Assembly: GCA_028717685.1 (NCBI GenBank)
Contig: JAQUNI010000003.1
Coordinates: 311 to 64,310, forward strand
Direction of reading: 5' to 3'
Length of the DNA: 64,000 bases
Source: Patescibacteria group bacterium
GTDB lineage: Bacteria; Patescibacteriota; JAQUNI01
Position numbers and translations under genes: made by a program. The notes beneath the pieces were generated by a model that was not told where the DNA came from, made no database searches, and worked only from the letters and a program-made list of their open reading frames with translations. Shown in pieces: positions 45,015-53,291 of the stretch. How positions within the stretch are numbered: the stretch's first letter is position 1; each line of letters starts with the position of its first letter.

Positions 45015-46193
45015 ATGCTCATCGGTATTGATGCCTCGCGTGGTTTCTTAAAGAAACGCACGGGAGTGGAGGAATATTCTTATCAAATTGTTAAGGCGTT
45101 AATAAAAGTTGATTCTCAAAATCAATACATTTTGTATTTAAATGGCCAAGAAAATGAAGAAGTGGCGCGAGGGATTGTGTGGCCTTCAAATTTTAAATTA
45201 AAAAATATCCCCTTTCCGCGGCTTTGGGTGCATCTAGCTTTGTGTATAGCAGCTTGGCGGGATAAGCTTGATGTTTTGTTTATTCCGGCGCAGGCGATGC
45301 CGATTTTTTATCCGCGGGAAACGGTTGTCACTTTACATGGTTTAGAATATGAACATTATCCAGAATCTTATTCGGCTTGGCGCAGATTTTATTTGCGTTG
45401 GACGACTCGTTTTAGTTTAAAACATGCGGCGAAGATTATTGCTGTTTCGGAAAATACAAAAAAGGATTTGATTAAAATGTATGGTGGAGATGCGGAGAAA
45501 ATTAAAGTGGTTTATCATGGGTTTAGTGTTTCTGCTCCCACCTCCTCTTTTCTTCCCGCTCAGGGCAGGGGGAGTGTCAGAACCCCCTCCATCTCCCCCT
45601 TAGAAAGGGGGAGTGAATTTCCCCTCCTTTCCAAGGAGGGGTCGAGGGAGGTTCTGAATCCTTTTCTTCTCTCCATTGGCCGTTTGGAAAAGCGCAAAAA
45701 TATTATCAATTTAATCAAGACTTTTGAATTGTTAAAAGGAGATGGCTTCCGCGGTGAGTTGGTCCTTGTTGGTAAGCCTGGCTATGGCTATTCAGAAATA
45801 AAAAAAGCGATTTTAAGTTCGCCTGATCAAAAAGATATTATTGAGAAAGGATATGTTCCTGAAGAAGAAAAATGGCAGATTTTGCAATCCGCCGCGGTAT
45901 TCATTTTTCCTTCTTTTTATGAGGGCTTTGGTATGCCGCTTTTAGAAGCATTCGCCGCGGATGTACCGGTTGCGGCATCCAACACTTCTTCTTTGCCTGA
46001 AATTGGTGGTGATGCTTGTGTTTATTTTAACCCCGAGAATGTGGACGATATAGCGCGAAAGATAAGGGAGGTTTTGGCAAGTAACAACCTGCGTCAAGAT
46101 TTAATTCAAAAAGGTCAAACGCGTTTGGCTAATTTTAGCTGGCAAAAATGCGGCCGGGAGACACTTTTTATTTTAATAAAAAACCGCTCGTAA
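45015..46193 (+). CDS. GT4 glycosyltransferase with an in-frame GC-rich insertion of about 35-40 aa in the inter-domain linker.
   Basis: YHGF...[SAPTSSFLPAQGRGSVRTPSISPLERGSEFPLLSKEGSREV]...LSIGRLEKRKN, then EGFGMPLLEAFAADVPV. The insertion is encoded by palindromic ccccctcc/ggaggggt sequence. Confidence 0.75.
   Translation: MLIGIDASRGFLKKRTGVEEYSYQIVKALIKVDSQNQYILYLNGQENEEVARGIVWPSNFKLKNIPFPRLWVHLALCIAAWRDKLDVLFIPAQAMPIFYPRETVVTLHGLEYEHYPESYSAWRRFYLRWTTRFSLKHAAKIIAVSENTKKDLIKMYGGDAEKIKVVYHGFSVSAPTSSFLPAQGRGSVRTPSISPLERGSEFPLLSKEGSREVLNPFLLSIGRLEKRKNIINLIKTFELLKGDGFRGELVLVGKPGYGYSEIKKAILSSPDQKDIIEKGYVPEEEKWQILQSAAVFIFPSFYEGFGMPLLEAFAADVPVAASNTSSLPEIGGDACVYFNPENVDDIARKIREVLASNNLRQDLIQKGQTRLANFSWQKCGRETLFILIKNRS
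45530..45665. mobile_element. GC-rich palindromic element (ctccccctt-agaa-agggggag and cccctcc...ggaggggt hairpins) inserted in-frame in the GT4 CDS.
   Basis: Its hairpin core matches 5693-5713 and 18516-18538. It is a GC island inside the gene. Confidence 0.6.
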
Positions 46194-46198
46194 ATTTA

Positions 46199-46402
46199 TT
46201 AGAGAGCGGTAGGATTTACAATTTTAACATTGAAAAAATCCAGAATAAAATAGACAGAAGAAAAAAGAAACAGTATTAGTAAAGAGCCGCAGGAATAATC
46301 AGCCCAGCATTTAAACAGTTCTGAAATAGGTTTATGTTTTTTATGCCAGGCTCCCAAAAAACATAAAATAAGGACAGTTGAGGTGATATTAGAGAAGTCC
46401 AT
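46199..46402 (-). CDS. Small two-TM membrane protein (67 aa).
   Basis: AAAGGAGAG RBS 8 nt upstream of ATG at 46402. Hydrophobic. The longer listed ORF would overlap the GT4 gene. Confidence 0.35.
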   Translation of the reverse strand: MDFSNITSTVLILCFLGAWHKKHKPISELFKCWADYSCGSLLILFLFSSVYFILDFFNVKIVNPTAL

Positions 46403-46418
46403 CTTCTCTCTCTCCTTT

Positions 46419-47573
46419 CTATTCTGTAATTGCGAGAAAAATTTTCTCAATTTGCCCAACCATTTTATTCCAATCATACTTTGCCGCTTCTTTTTTACCC
46501 CTCTCACCCATTCTTTGGCGCAAAGGGGGGTTACTAAGCAGTTTATTGATGTAATAGGCTGTTTTTTTATAATCACCTACGGGAGTTAAAAATCCAGCCT
46601 CATTGTTTGGTACTAAATATGGGACTGCGGAGTGGTTAGTGGACACAATCGGTAGCCCCGCGGCCATCGCCTCGGCAAGGACAATGCCAAAAGCCTCATA
46701 TTTGGTCGGCAGGCAGAAAATAGTGGCATTTTGATAAGCGGAGTGCAGATCTTCCCTTTTTATCTCTCCGAGCCAAAGAAGTTTATCCTGGACATTATAT
46801 TTGATGGCTAGATGAATGAAGGTTTCTTTATCAGCAAAGTCAGTGCCGGCAATAGCAACAATGGTATTGGGATGTTTTTTTAAGACTTCAGGCAGGGCTT
46901 TGATTAAAATATCAACCCCCTTGCCATAGCAGATGCGCCCGGCGAAAAAGATAATATTTTTATCTTGTACGTTATATTGTTCAAAAATATTATAAGGAAT
47001 TTTTTGCTTGAGGGCTGGTTCAATGCCTGGCGGGATAATGATAATCTTCTTGGGTTTGTAATCTTTTAAGATTAACGCCTTTTCAAATTCTGAAATCGCA
47101 ATAACACAGTCCGCAGCCATAGTTAGGCTGCCGAAAATCTTGCGATAGCAAAACCATTTTTTCGCCTCGCGGCTTTCTAGATAAAAATAAGGGTGCAAAA
47201 TAAACGGCACTCTTTTGATTTTAGAAAGAAGCCAGCCAATATCCGAGGAATAGTAATAGAAATTGTGGGCGTAGATTAAATCTAGGTTTTTCGCCTGAAG
47301 CGCCGCTTTCAGCATTCCCTGAAAATAGGGGTAAGGAAACTTACCCCAGTATTTTGCCCTAAAGCGGCGGACATAGGGAGGACCATTTTGGTATTCTTCT
47401 GTGGTTAAAAAGACAGGCGGAATACTATGGCTTCTAAGATTGGAGGTCAAAACTTGGATATTGTGGCCTCTTTTACGCAAACCTTCGGTGGATTGATAAG
47501 CAATTTCTTCCGCGCCGCCTGGAGCGGGAGGATAGCGGAGACAGGTGGTTAAGATATTTAGTTTTCTTGACAT
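46419..47573 (-). CDS. GT4 glycosyltransferase.
   Basis: N-terminal LRYPPAPGGAEE and C-terminal EAFGIVLAEAMAAGLPIVST. Confidence 0.75.
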   Translation of the reverse strand: MSRKLNILTTCLRYPPAPGGAEEIAYQSTEGLRKRGHNIQVLTSNLRSHSIPPVFLTTEEYQNGPPYVRRFRAKYWGKFPYPYFQGMLKAALQAKNLDLIYAHNFYYYSSDIGWLLSKIKRVPFILHPYFYLESREAKKWFCYRKIFGSLTMAADCVIAISEFEKALILKDYKPKKIIIIPPGIEPALKQKIPYNIFEQYNVQDKNIIFFAGRICYGKGVDILIKALPEVLKKHPNTIVAIAGTDFADKETFIHLAIKYNVQDKLLWLGEIKREDLHSAYQNATIFCLPTKYEAFGIVLAEAMAAGLPIVSTNHSAVPYLVPNNEAGFLTPVGDYKKTAYYINKLLSNPPLRQRMGERGKKEAAKYDWNKMVGQIEKIFLAITE

Positions 47574-47582
47574 AGATAATGA

Positions 47583-47724
47583 GATCGTCGTTGCGAGGAG
47601 GAAGGCGAAGCCGAAGCCTGACGACGAAGCAATCTCCTAAAAAAGTAAAGGTTTGTCATCCAAAATTATTTAATTTTATGAGATTGCCGCGTCGCTCTTT
47701 GGGGTCGCTCCTCGCTAATAGACG
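47583..47724. repeat. About 130 bp nested palindromic element, copy 1 (arms cgtcgttgcgaggagg / cctcgc..acga, and gacgaagcaatctc / gagattgc).
   Basis: Shares both arm pairs and overall architecture with 59816-59938. Its right arm encodes the last residues (SDPKERRGN) of the GT2 gene. Confidence 0.7.
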
Positions 47725-48531
47725 AGAAGAATTTTGCCAATATTTGATACGGGTAACGGATTCATAGAACGTCCCAAACAGCGCATAGACGAAGCCGTGG
47801 ATGCCATCTTTATATCCTTGATGCCGAAAATAGCGTGAGATAAAAAAGCGCAAGGGGCGGTAAATAAAAAACCAAGCTAAAGACCAAGAATTATGCAGGT
47901 TCACTTTAATCTCGCGACCATAACGGTCTTTTCCTATTTTCACCATTTCCCTTGCGTCAATTTCTATATAGCGGATAAATTTTTCAAAATAATGATTGAC
48001 GGTATCAAAAGAATAATGCAAATAATGATTTTTTAAAAATCCTGAATCTCGGTCTTCGCGCTTGACGATTCTTCCCTCTTTGTCTGCCACTTGTTCGTGA
48101 ACATCACGCACCCAATGGCTGCCATTATTACGGAATAGTCTTAGGTGCGGGCAGGGATACCAAGCGCCATGGCGCAAAGGGTGGCCCAAAAAATAGGTTT
48201 GGAAAGGAATCCAATAGAAATTTTGGGCGGGTTTTTCCAAGGTTGCTAGGATTTCAGTTTGAAGTTTTGGGGTTATCCTTTCGTCAGGATCAATCTGTAA
48301 AATCCAGTCGCCTGTTGTATACTGCAACCCAAAATTCCTTTGTTTGGCGTAAGAACTGTCCCATCGGCGCGTATAGATTTTATCGGTATACGGTTTAATG
48401 ATCTCTTGCGTCCCGTCATTGCTTTCCGCGTCCACAATTACAATTTCATCCGTCCATTTTACGGATTCCAAACAATCTTTAATTTTATTTGCGTTGTTAT
48501 AGGTAATGATTAAGGTGGAAATTTTAGGCAT
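47656..48531 (-). CDS. GT2 glycosyltransferase.
   Basis: ISTLIITYNNANKI...IVIVDAESNDGT...QIDPDE GT-A motifs. Confidence 0.75.
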   Translation of the reverse strand: MPKISTLIITYNNANKIKDCLESVKWTDEIVIVDAESNDGTQEIIKPYTDKIYTRRWDSSYAKQRNFGLQYTTGDWILQIDPDERITPKLQTEILATLEKPAQNFYWIPFQTYFLGHPLRHGAWYPCPHLRLFRNNGSHWVRDVHEQVADKEGRIVKREDRDSGFLKNHYLHYSFDTVNHYFEKFIRYIEIDAREMVKIGKDRYGREIKVNLHNSWSLAWFFIYRPLRFFISRYFRHQGYKDGIHGFVYALFGTFYESVTRIKYWQNSSRLLARSDPKERRGNLIKLNNFG

Positions 48532-48667
48532 AATGGAATAAAATTTTTATTTCTTAATTTTTAATTTTTTATTGAATTTTTAATGAATTAATTTTTTTAT
48601 TACTTAATAAACAACAATAAGTAAATAATTCAATAAAAATTAGTTAAAAAGTAAAAATCAAAAATTA

Positions 48668-49369
48668 TTATTTTCCTGTCTTCTCCAAAATATACTCCCC
48701 TATCACCACTAGGGGCGCGATCCAGAGATTAAGTTCAATTAGCTTTTGTAAATGTTCCTCAAACGCCTCCGGAGTAACGGTGAAGCGATAATCCGTTTGG
48801 CGACTCGCGATTAAATGATAGGATTCAATCAGCCAGAGATTTTTCCTAGCCGCTCTCTTTGCCTCTTTGTTTAAATCGTTCCAATTCGTTCCTTGATTAG
48901 GCACAAAGGATTTGAGACTGAAAAAGTCAATCGGCGGGATATGATTTAATTCTTCTTCCACGCCTCTGCCAATAAGATAATATTTTTTAGCCGTTTCAAT
49001 CACTCTTTTATTAAAAGCACCTCCCGGGTAAACAATAGTTTTAGCTTTCAGGACTTCATGGGATTGCTTGAGCTCTTTTTCTAAATCCGCATCGGAAGTG
49101 TTTTTTAAATTCACATGGTTAACGCTGTGGCTGGCGATTTCGTGGCCGAGGGTTTTAATCTTTTCGGCGATTTCCAAGGAAGCCGTGGGTATTTTTTCAG
49201 TTTTTTCAATTGCTCGCGGATTAGCCGCGAAAGCAAAGGTGGCTTTCAAGTTATATTTTTTTAAGATAGGCAGAACATTAACCAATGTTTCTTTATAACC
49301 GTCATCAAAAACAAGGGAGCACGCCCCCTTTTTTCTTGAATTTGATTTTTGGGAAAAGATTTTAAACAT
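48668..49369 (-). CDS. Polysaccharide deacetylase (carbohydrate esterase family 4, NodB homology domain).
   Basis: LVFDDGY (DD metal motif), ATFAF and HSVNHVNL His motifs. Confidence 0.75.
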   Translation of the reverse strand: MFKIFSQKSNSRKKGACSLVFDDGYKETLVNVLPILKKYNLKATFAFAANPRAIEKTEKIPTASLEIAEKIKTLGHEIASHSVNHVNLKNTSDADLEKELKQSHEVLKAKTIVYPGGAFNKRVIETAKKYYLIGRGVEEELNHIPPIDFFSLKSFVPNQGTNWNDLNKEAKRAARKNLWLIESYHLIASRQTDYRFTVTPEAFEEHLQKLIELNLWIAPLVVIGEYILEKTGK

Positions 49370-50433
49370 TATACTAGTTTTAATTTACGGAAGAGTTCTT
49401 GATTGCGGCTGACCCAATCCGCTAGTCTTTTTACGCCTTGGTTTACCGAGATTTGCGGCTCCCAGCCGAATTCTTTTTTCGCCTTGCGGATGTCGGAAAC
49501 ATACACCGGCTGATCGCCAGGCCGCCAAGGGGCGAAGCTATATTGGATGTCTTGATCAAGCATTTTTTTGAGGTAGCTAATAAGCTCTAAAAGGGACATT
49601 GTATTTTCTGGTCCGCCGCCGATATTGTAGATTTTACCCGCGGTTTTATCAATCATTTTGGTCGCCATCACAAAGGCTTGAATTAAATCTTCCACATACA
49701 AAACATCGCGAATCTGCTTGCCGTCGCCATAAATCGTAATGGGGCACCCAAGAGCAGCCGCGATTGTAAACCAAGCTACCCACCCCTGATCTTCAATGCC
49801 GAACTGCCTTTTGCCGTAAATGCAGCTTTGGCGGAAGACTACGGTGCGCAAGCCATAGATGCGGCTGTAATCATGGACGTATTGATCCGCCGCGCCTTTG
49901 GAACAGCCGTAAGGAGAATGGAAATCCAAAAGGCGATTTTCAGGGATCCCTAAGGGCAGATTTTTATATTCATGACGATCGCCTTTGTCGGCAATTTCAA
50001 TATCTTCCATGCCGCCATAAACCTTGTTTGTGGAGGCAAAGATGAGGATAGGATTACTTTTGGCGTGGCGGACTGCCTCTAGGACGTTAAAAGTCCCCAC
50101 GGCGTTAATCATAAAATCCTCATAAGGGTTATTGACCGAACAGGTAACCGCCACTTGCGCGGCGAGATGGTAAACTGCGTCCACTTTTTGAATGAGTTCC
50201 AGAAGTTTGCTTTTGTCCACGCGGATGTCCCCGACAACCATCTCCAATTTTTTTCCTTTGTGTTTTTCCTCCAGCCACTTCAGATTTTCAATAGTGCCTT
50301 TGCGTGAGAGATTATCAAAAATAATGACCTCCGCATTATTTTGCAAGAGATAGTCTGCGATATTCGTACCAATAAAGCCGGCGCCGCCGATGACTAGAAA
50401 TTTATTCAACATTGATTTTCTTTTCTCCTCCAC
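49369..50433 (-). CDS. NAD-dependent NDP-sugar epimerase of the CDP-paratose 2-epimerase (RfbE/Tyv-like) SDR family.
   Basis: GGAGFIGTNI, DNLSRKG, STNKVYG, and LDFHSPYGCSKGAADQY (YxxxK), plus RQFGIEDQGWV and GDGKQIRDVL, closely matching the tyvelose-epimerase family. Confidence 0.7.
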   Translation of the reverse strand: MEEKRKSMLNKFLVIGGAGFIGTNIADYLLQNNAEVIIFDNLSRKGTIENLKWLEEKHKGKKLEMVVGDIRVDKSKLLELIQKVDAVYHLAAQVAVTCSVNNPYEDFMINAVGTFNVLEAVRHAKSNPILIFASTNKVYGGMEDIEIADKGDRHEYKNLPLGIPENRLLDFHSPYGCSKGAADQYVHDYSRIYGLRTVVFRQSCIYGKRQFGIEDQGWVAWFTIAAALGCPITIYGDGKQIRDVLYVEDLIQAFVMATKMIDKTAGKIYNIGGGPENTMSLLELISYLKKMLDQDIQYSFAPWRPGDQPVYVSDIRKAKKEFGWEPQISVNQGVKRLADWVSRNQELFRKLKLV

Positions 50434-50440
50434 TAAATGG

Positions 50441-52318
50441 TTATTTAAAATATTTGGTTAGCTTTTCCAGGGCGATAAAGAAACCCTGCCCTTCGCGTTG
50501 ATGACCCCGCCAAATTTCCGGAATCCAGCCGTATTGATAGCCTTTAAATATTTTTTGGATTTTAGCCCAATCTATGTCCCCTTCCCCGATTTGCAATCCT
50601 TCCTCATCGGTGCCGTAGGCGTCAGAGATGTGCAGTTCGCGGACATAGGGTTTAATTCTTCGGAGTGCGGCGTAAAAATCCTCCCCGATGAGATTGTAGT
50701 ATAATTTTGCATGCGAGAGATCAAGAGTGCAATTAATGCGAGTCCGTTTGCAGAATTCCCGAATTTCATCCAGATCCACAAAAATGTTGTCTACCCATTG
50801 GCCGCCAAAATACCAAGGCCGGGGCGGCAGATTTTCAGGTAATAATTCCACGCCGCGGCTATCTATTTTTTTTAGTGAATTTTCAAGATTTTTCCAAAGT
50901 ACCCTTCGGTTTTTGATAGGGTCAATACTCATTCCGCCGGGATGAAAAACGATTTTTGGCTTAACGGGGGCAAAATATTTTTTCATTTCCCTTGCTCGTT
51001 CTATGGTTTTTCGCATTATGACAATAGCTTCGTCGCGTAATTCTTTTTCCGGGGAACAAAGATCATTGATGGAGCGGAAATGATATTCGGGAGCGTGGAT
51101 ATAAAGCGCGGCAGGATATTTTTGATTGGGTTTAAATTTGTATTCTAAATCTTTATCCGTAAAATGAAATTCCACCATTTTGGGCTTCAAAGCCATCATT
51201 TGATCTAAATTATGAAAACGCACTTTTAGCCCCCAGAAGGATTGAAAGCTTTTACTAAAATTAGGTTGTTTCACTTTATGGATGTCGTTTTCTAAAAAGA
51301 GATCATCTTTTTTGAAGTTTTTTTGCGCACGTTTGCCAATTAGTGCATCCAGAAGTTGAGGCGACAAACCTTTGCCTGGGCTTTTGACGGCAATCATTTT
51401 GCGACGGATTATTTCCCCTTTTTTTATTTCTTCTGCGGCGACTAGGCTTTTTCCCAGAACCTCGCGGTTTAAGATTTCACCGCGGCTCATATATTTTTTT
51501 CCGTCGCCTAAAGCCTGTTCCGCATAGCGGATATCGCGCACGAGACGCTTAAAATCTTGGGCTTCTAGACTAGCGGCGTGATCCGGACCTTTCATGGAAC
51601 GATCCAGGGTTAAATGGCGTTCAATAATACTGGCTCCTAGCGTTGCGGCGACAATAGACATTGAGATACCCAGCTCATGACCGGAATAACCGATCGGAAC
51701 ATTGAATTTTTGGCGTAGGGTTTCAATAAAGCGCAGGTTTAATTTATCCCAAGGCGCGGGATAAGTGGAAGAGCAATGCAGAAGCGCGAATTGGGCCTTT
51801 TTCTTTTCCAAAAATTCCACTGTCTTTTCAATTTCATCTAAATAAGCCATTCCCGTTGCCACAATCATCGGTTTTTTGGTTGCTGCCACTTTTTCCAGAA
51901 GCGCGAAATTAGTAAGATCAGGGGACCCGATTTTGTATGCTGGGACCCGTAACTTTTCTAGAAATTCAGCGCTTTTCAGGTCAAATGGCGTGCATAAAAA
52001 AGTAATTCCTTTCCGATCACAATATTTTTTTAAGAAAAAGAAATCTTCCTCCGTGAGTTCAAATTCGCGCAGCAAAGGGATCATGTATTGGAAATTTTGC
52101 TCGCCTAGATTGGGGTTATCAAGTATTTCCTCGGTATAAATATGTTCCAGGTTTCTTTTTTGAAATTTAACCGCATCGGCTCCCGCGCTAATCGCGACAT
52201 CAACAAGTTGTTTGGCAATTTGCACCGAGCCATTATGATTGACCCCAATTTCGGCGACGATATAGCAAGGGTGCAGAGTGCCGATTTTTTTATTATCTAT
52301 GGTAATCTCTTTGATCAT
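50441..52318 (-). CDS. neuB: Nonulosonic (sialic/legionaminic/pseudaminic-type) acid synthase NeuB with SAF domain, fused to a C-terminal xylose-isomerase-like TIM-barrel (sugar phosphate isomerase/epimerase) domain.
   Basis: IVAEIGVNHNG NeuB hallmark and SAF domain, then about 280 aa with FHPGG...LPENL...DLSHA...LHISD...IPE, the metal-ligand pattern of the AP_endonuc_2/xylose isomerase-like fold. Confidence 0.75.
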   Translation of the reverse strand: MIKEITIDNKKIGTLHPCYIVAEIGVNHNGSVQIAKQLVDVAISAGADAVKFQKRNLEHIYTEEILDNPNLGEQNFQYMIPLLREFELTEEDFFFLKKYCDRKGITFLCTPFDLKSAEFLEKLRVPAYKIGSPDLTNFALLEKVAATKKPMIVATGMAYLDEIEKTVEFLEKKKAQFALLHCSSTYPAPWDKLNLRFIETLRQKFNVPIGYSGHELGISMSIVAATLGASIIERHLTLDRSMKGPDHAASLEAQDFKRLVRDIRYAEQALGDGKKYMSRGEILNREVLGKSLVAAEEIKKGEIIRRKMIAVKSPGKGLSPQLLDALIGKRAQKNFKKDDLFLENDIHKVKQPNFSKSFQSFWGLKVRFHNLDQMMALKPKMVEFHFTDKDLEYKFKPNQKYPAALYIHAPEYHFRSINDLCSPEKELRDEAIVIMRKTIERAREMKKYFAPVKPKIVFHPGGMSIDPIKNRRVLWKNLENSLKKIDSRGVELLPENLPPRPWYFGGQWVDNIFVDLDEIREFCKRTRINCTLDLSHAKLYYNLIGEDFYAALRRIKPYVRELHISDAYGTDEEGLQIGEGDIDWAKIQKIFKGYQYGWIPEIWRGHQREGQGFFIALEKLTKYFK

Positions 52319-52400
52319 AAAATTGAATCATGAATTAGGAATCATGAATTAGGAATTGAATTTTATAATTTATTATTCCTTGTTCCTGCTTCCTGCTTGC
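52319..52400. repeat. Period-7 GAATYAK word array (gaatcat gaattag gaatcat gaattag) with inverted partner (attcctt gttcctg cttcctg). The partner encodes the C-terminal residues of neuA.
   Basis: Direct reading. Same family at 15315-15392, 31724-31808 and 44937-45012. Confidence 0.75.
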
Positions 52401-53128
52401 CTCATTCTGTTTTGTCTTTCCCGCATAATTTGCGTTGCGATTTTGAAATCCAAGATTGAATCTAAATCCACAGAATCTTCAAGGCTCATTGCCATAGTGA
52501 CGAGTTTATTTCCGAAAACGCGGTTCTCTTGGAGGATAAATTTCGGTCGGGTGATGTCAATAACCGCGTTCTGCCAATAGATTGGCTCTAATTTTTGCCT
52601 GGGCACATCCGGACCATATTTTAAACGAAATGATGTTTTAAGGTAGGGTTCTAAAAATACTCCCTTTTTAATCCGCCACATTTTGTGGGGGTGTTTGTCG
52701 CTTTGCGCTACGGTTTTTAAGCCATCAGCATTATAATCAATGACTATTTTAATCGCTTGGTCAATTTGTTCGGCAGTGCGCAAAGGAGCGGTTGGTCTTA
52801 AATTAACAACCAAATCCGGTGCGTAATTTTCCTTATTTTTAAGCCACACTAAAGCATGGCGGTACCATTCAATATCTTGGCTTGTGTCGCGGCTAAAACG
52901 GCTTGGACGCAGAAAAGGCACTGCACAGCCATACTTTTTCGCCACCGCCGCAATTTCCTTACTATCTGTGGAACAAATCAAGCGGTCAATGTATTTTGAC
53001 CTTTTTGCTTCTTTGATGGCGTAATAGAGAAGCGGTTTGCCGAGAAGGGAGTGGATATTTTTCTTGGGTACGGATTTAGATCCGCCGCGCGCTGGAATAA
53101 TAGCTAAAATATTCTCTTTTTTGTACAT
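52373..53128 (-). CDS. neuA: Acylneuraminate (nonulosonate) cytidylyltransferase, CMP-sugar synthetase.
   Basis: ILAIIPARGGSKSVPKKN N-terminus of the NeuA/KdsB family. Confidence 0.8.
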   Translation of the reverse strand: MYKKENILAIIPARGGSKSVPKKNIHSLLGKPLLYYAIKEAKRSKYIDRLICSTDSKEIAAVAKKYGCAVPFLRPSRFSRDTSQDIEWYRHALVWLKNKENYAPDLVVNLRPTAPLRTAEQIDQAIKIVIDYNADGLKTVAQSDKHPHKMWRIKKGVFLEPYLKTSFRLKYGPDVPRQKLEPIYWQNAVIDITRPKFILQENRVFGNKLVTMAMSLEDSVDLDSILDFKIATQIMRERQNRMRQAGSRNKE

Positions 53129-53291
53129 TAGGGACTTGTCCCTTAAGCTTATTTTTTAAGGTAAGGGATTGACTCAATACTAAAACAATGGTCTAATATA
53201 AGCTTTTCTTAAAAAGACCAGTGTAGTTTATTTTAATACATTTTTTCCGTTTTAGCAAGGGTAAAAGAAAAAAGGATTTTTGGAAAAAGAA

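Noticed and set aside
46403-46576. Long form of the 46199-46576 ORF.
   Set aside because: It would overlap the 3' end of the GT4 gene (46419-47573) by 158 nt. An internal ATG with a good RBS at 46402 gives a non-overlapping small membrane protein.
47579-47767. 62-aa Arg/Ser-rich ORF between two GT genes.
   Set aside because: It is a translation of the 125-bp palindromic element and sits on the wrong strand relative to flanking genes. Spurious.
15315-52400. Possibility that the short-period intergenic word repeats are CRISPR arrays.
   Set aside because: The units are 6-9 bp degenerate words without unique spacers and no cas genes are present. They are not CRISPR.
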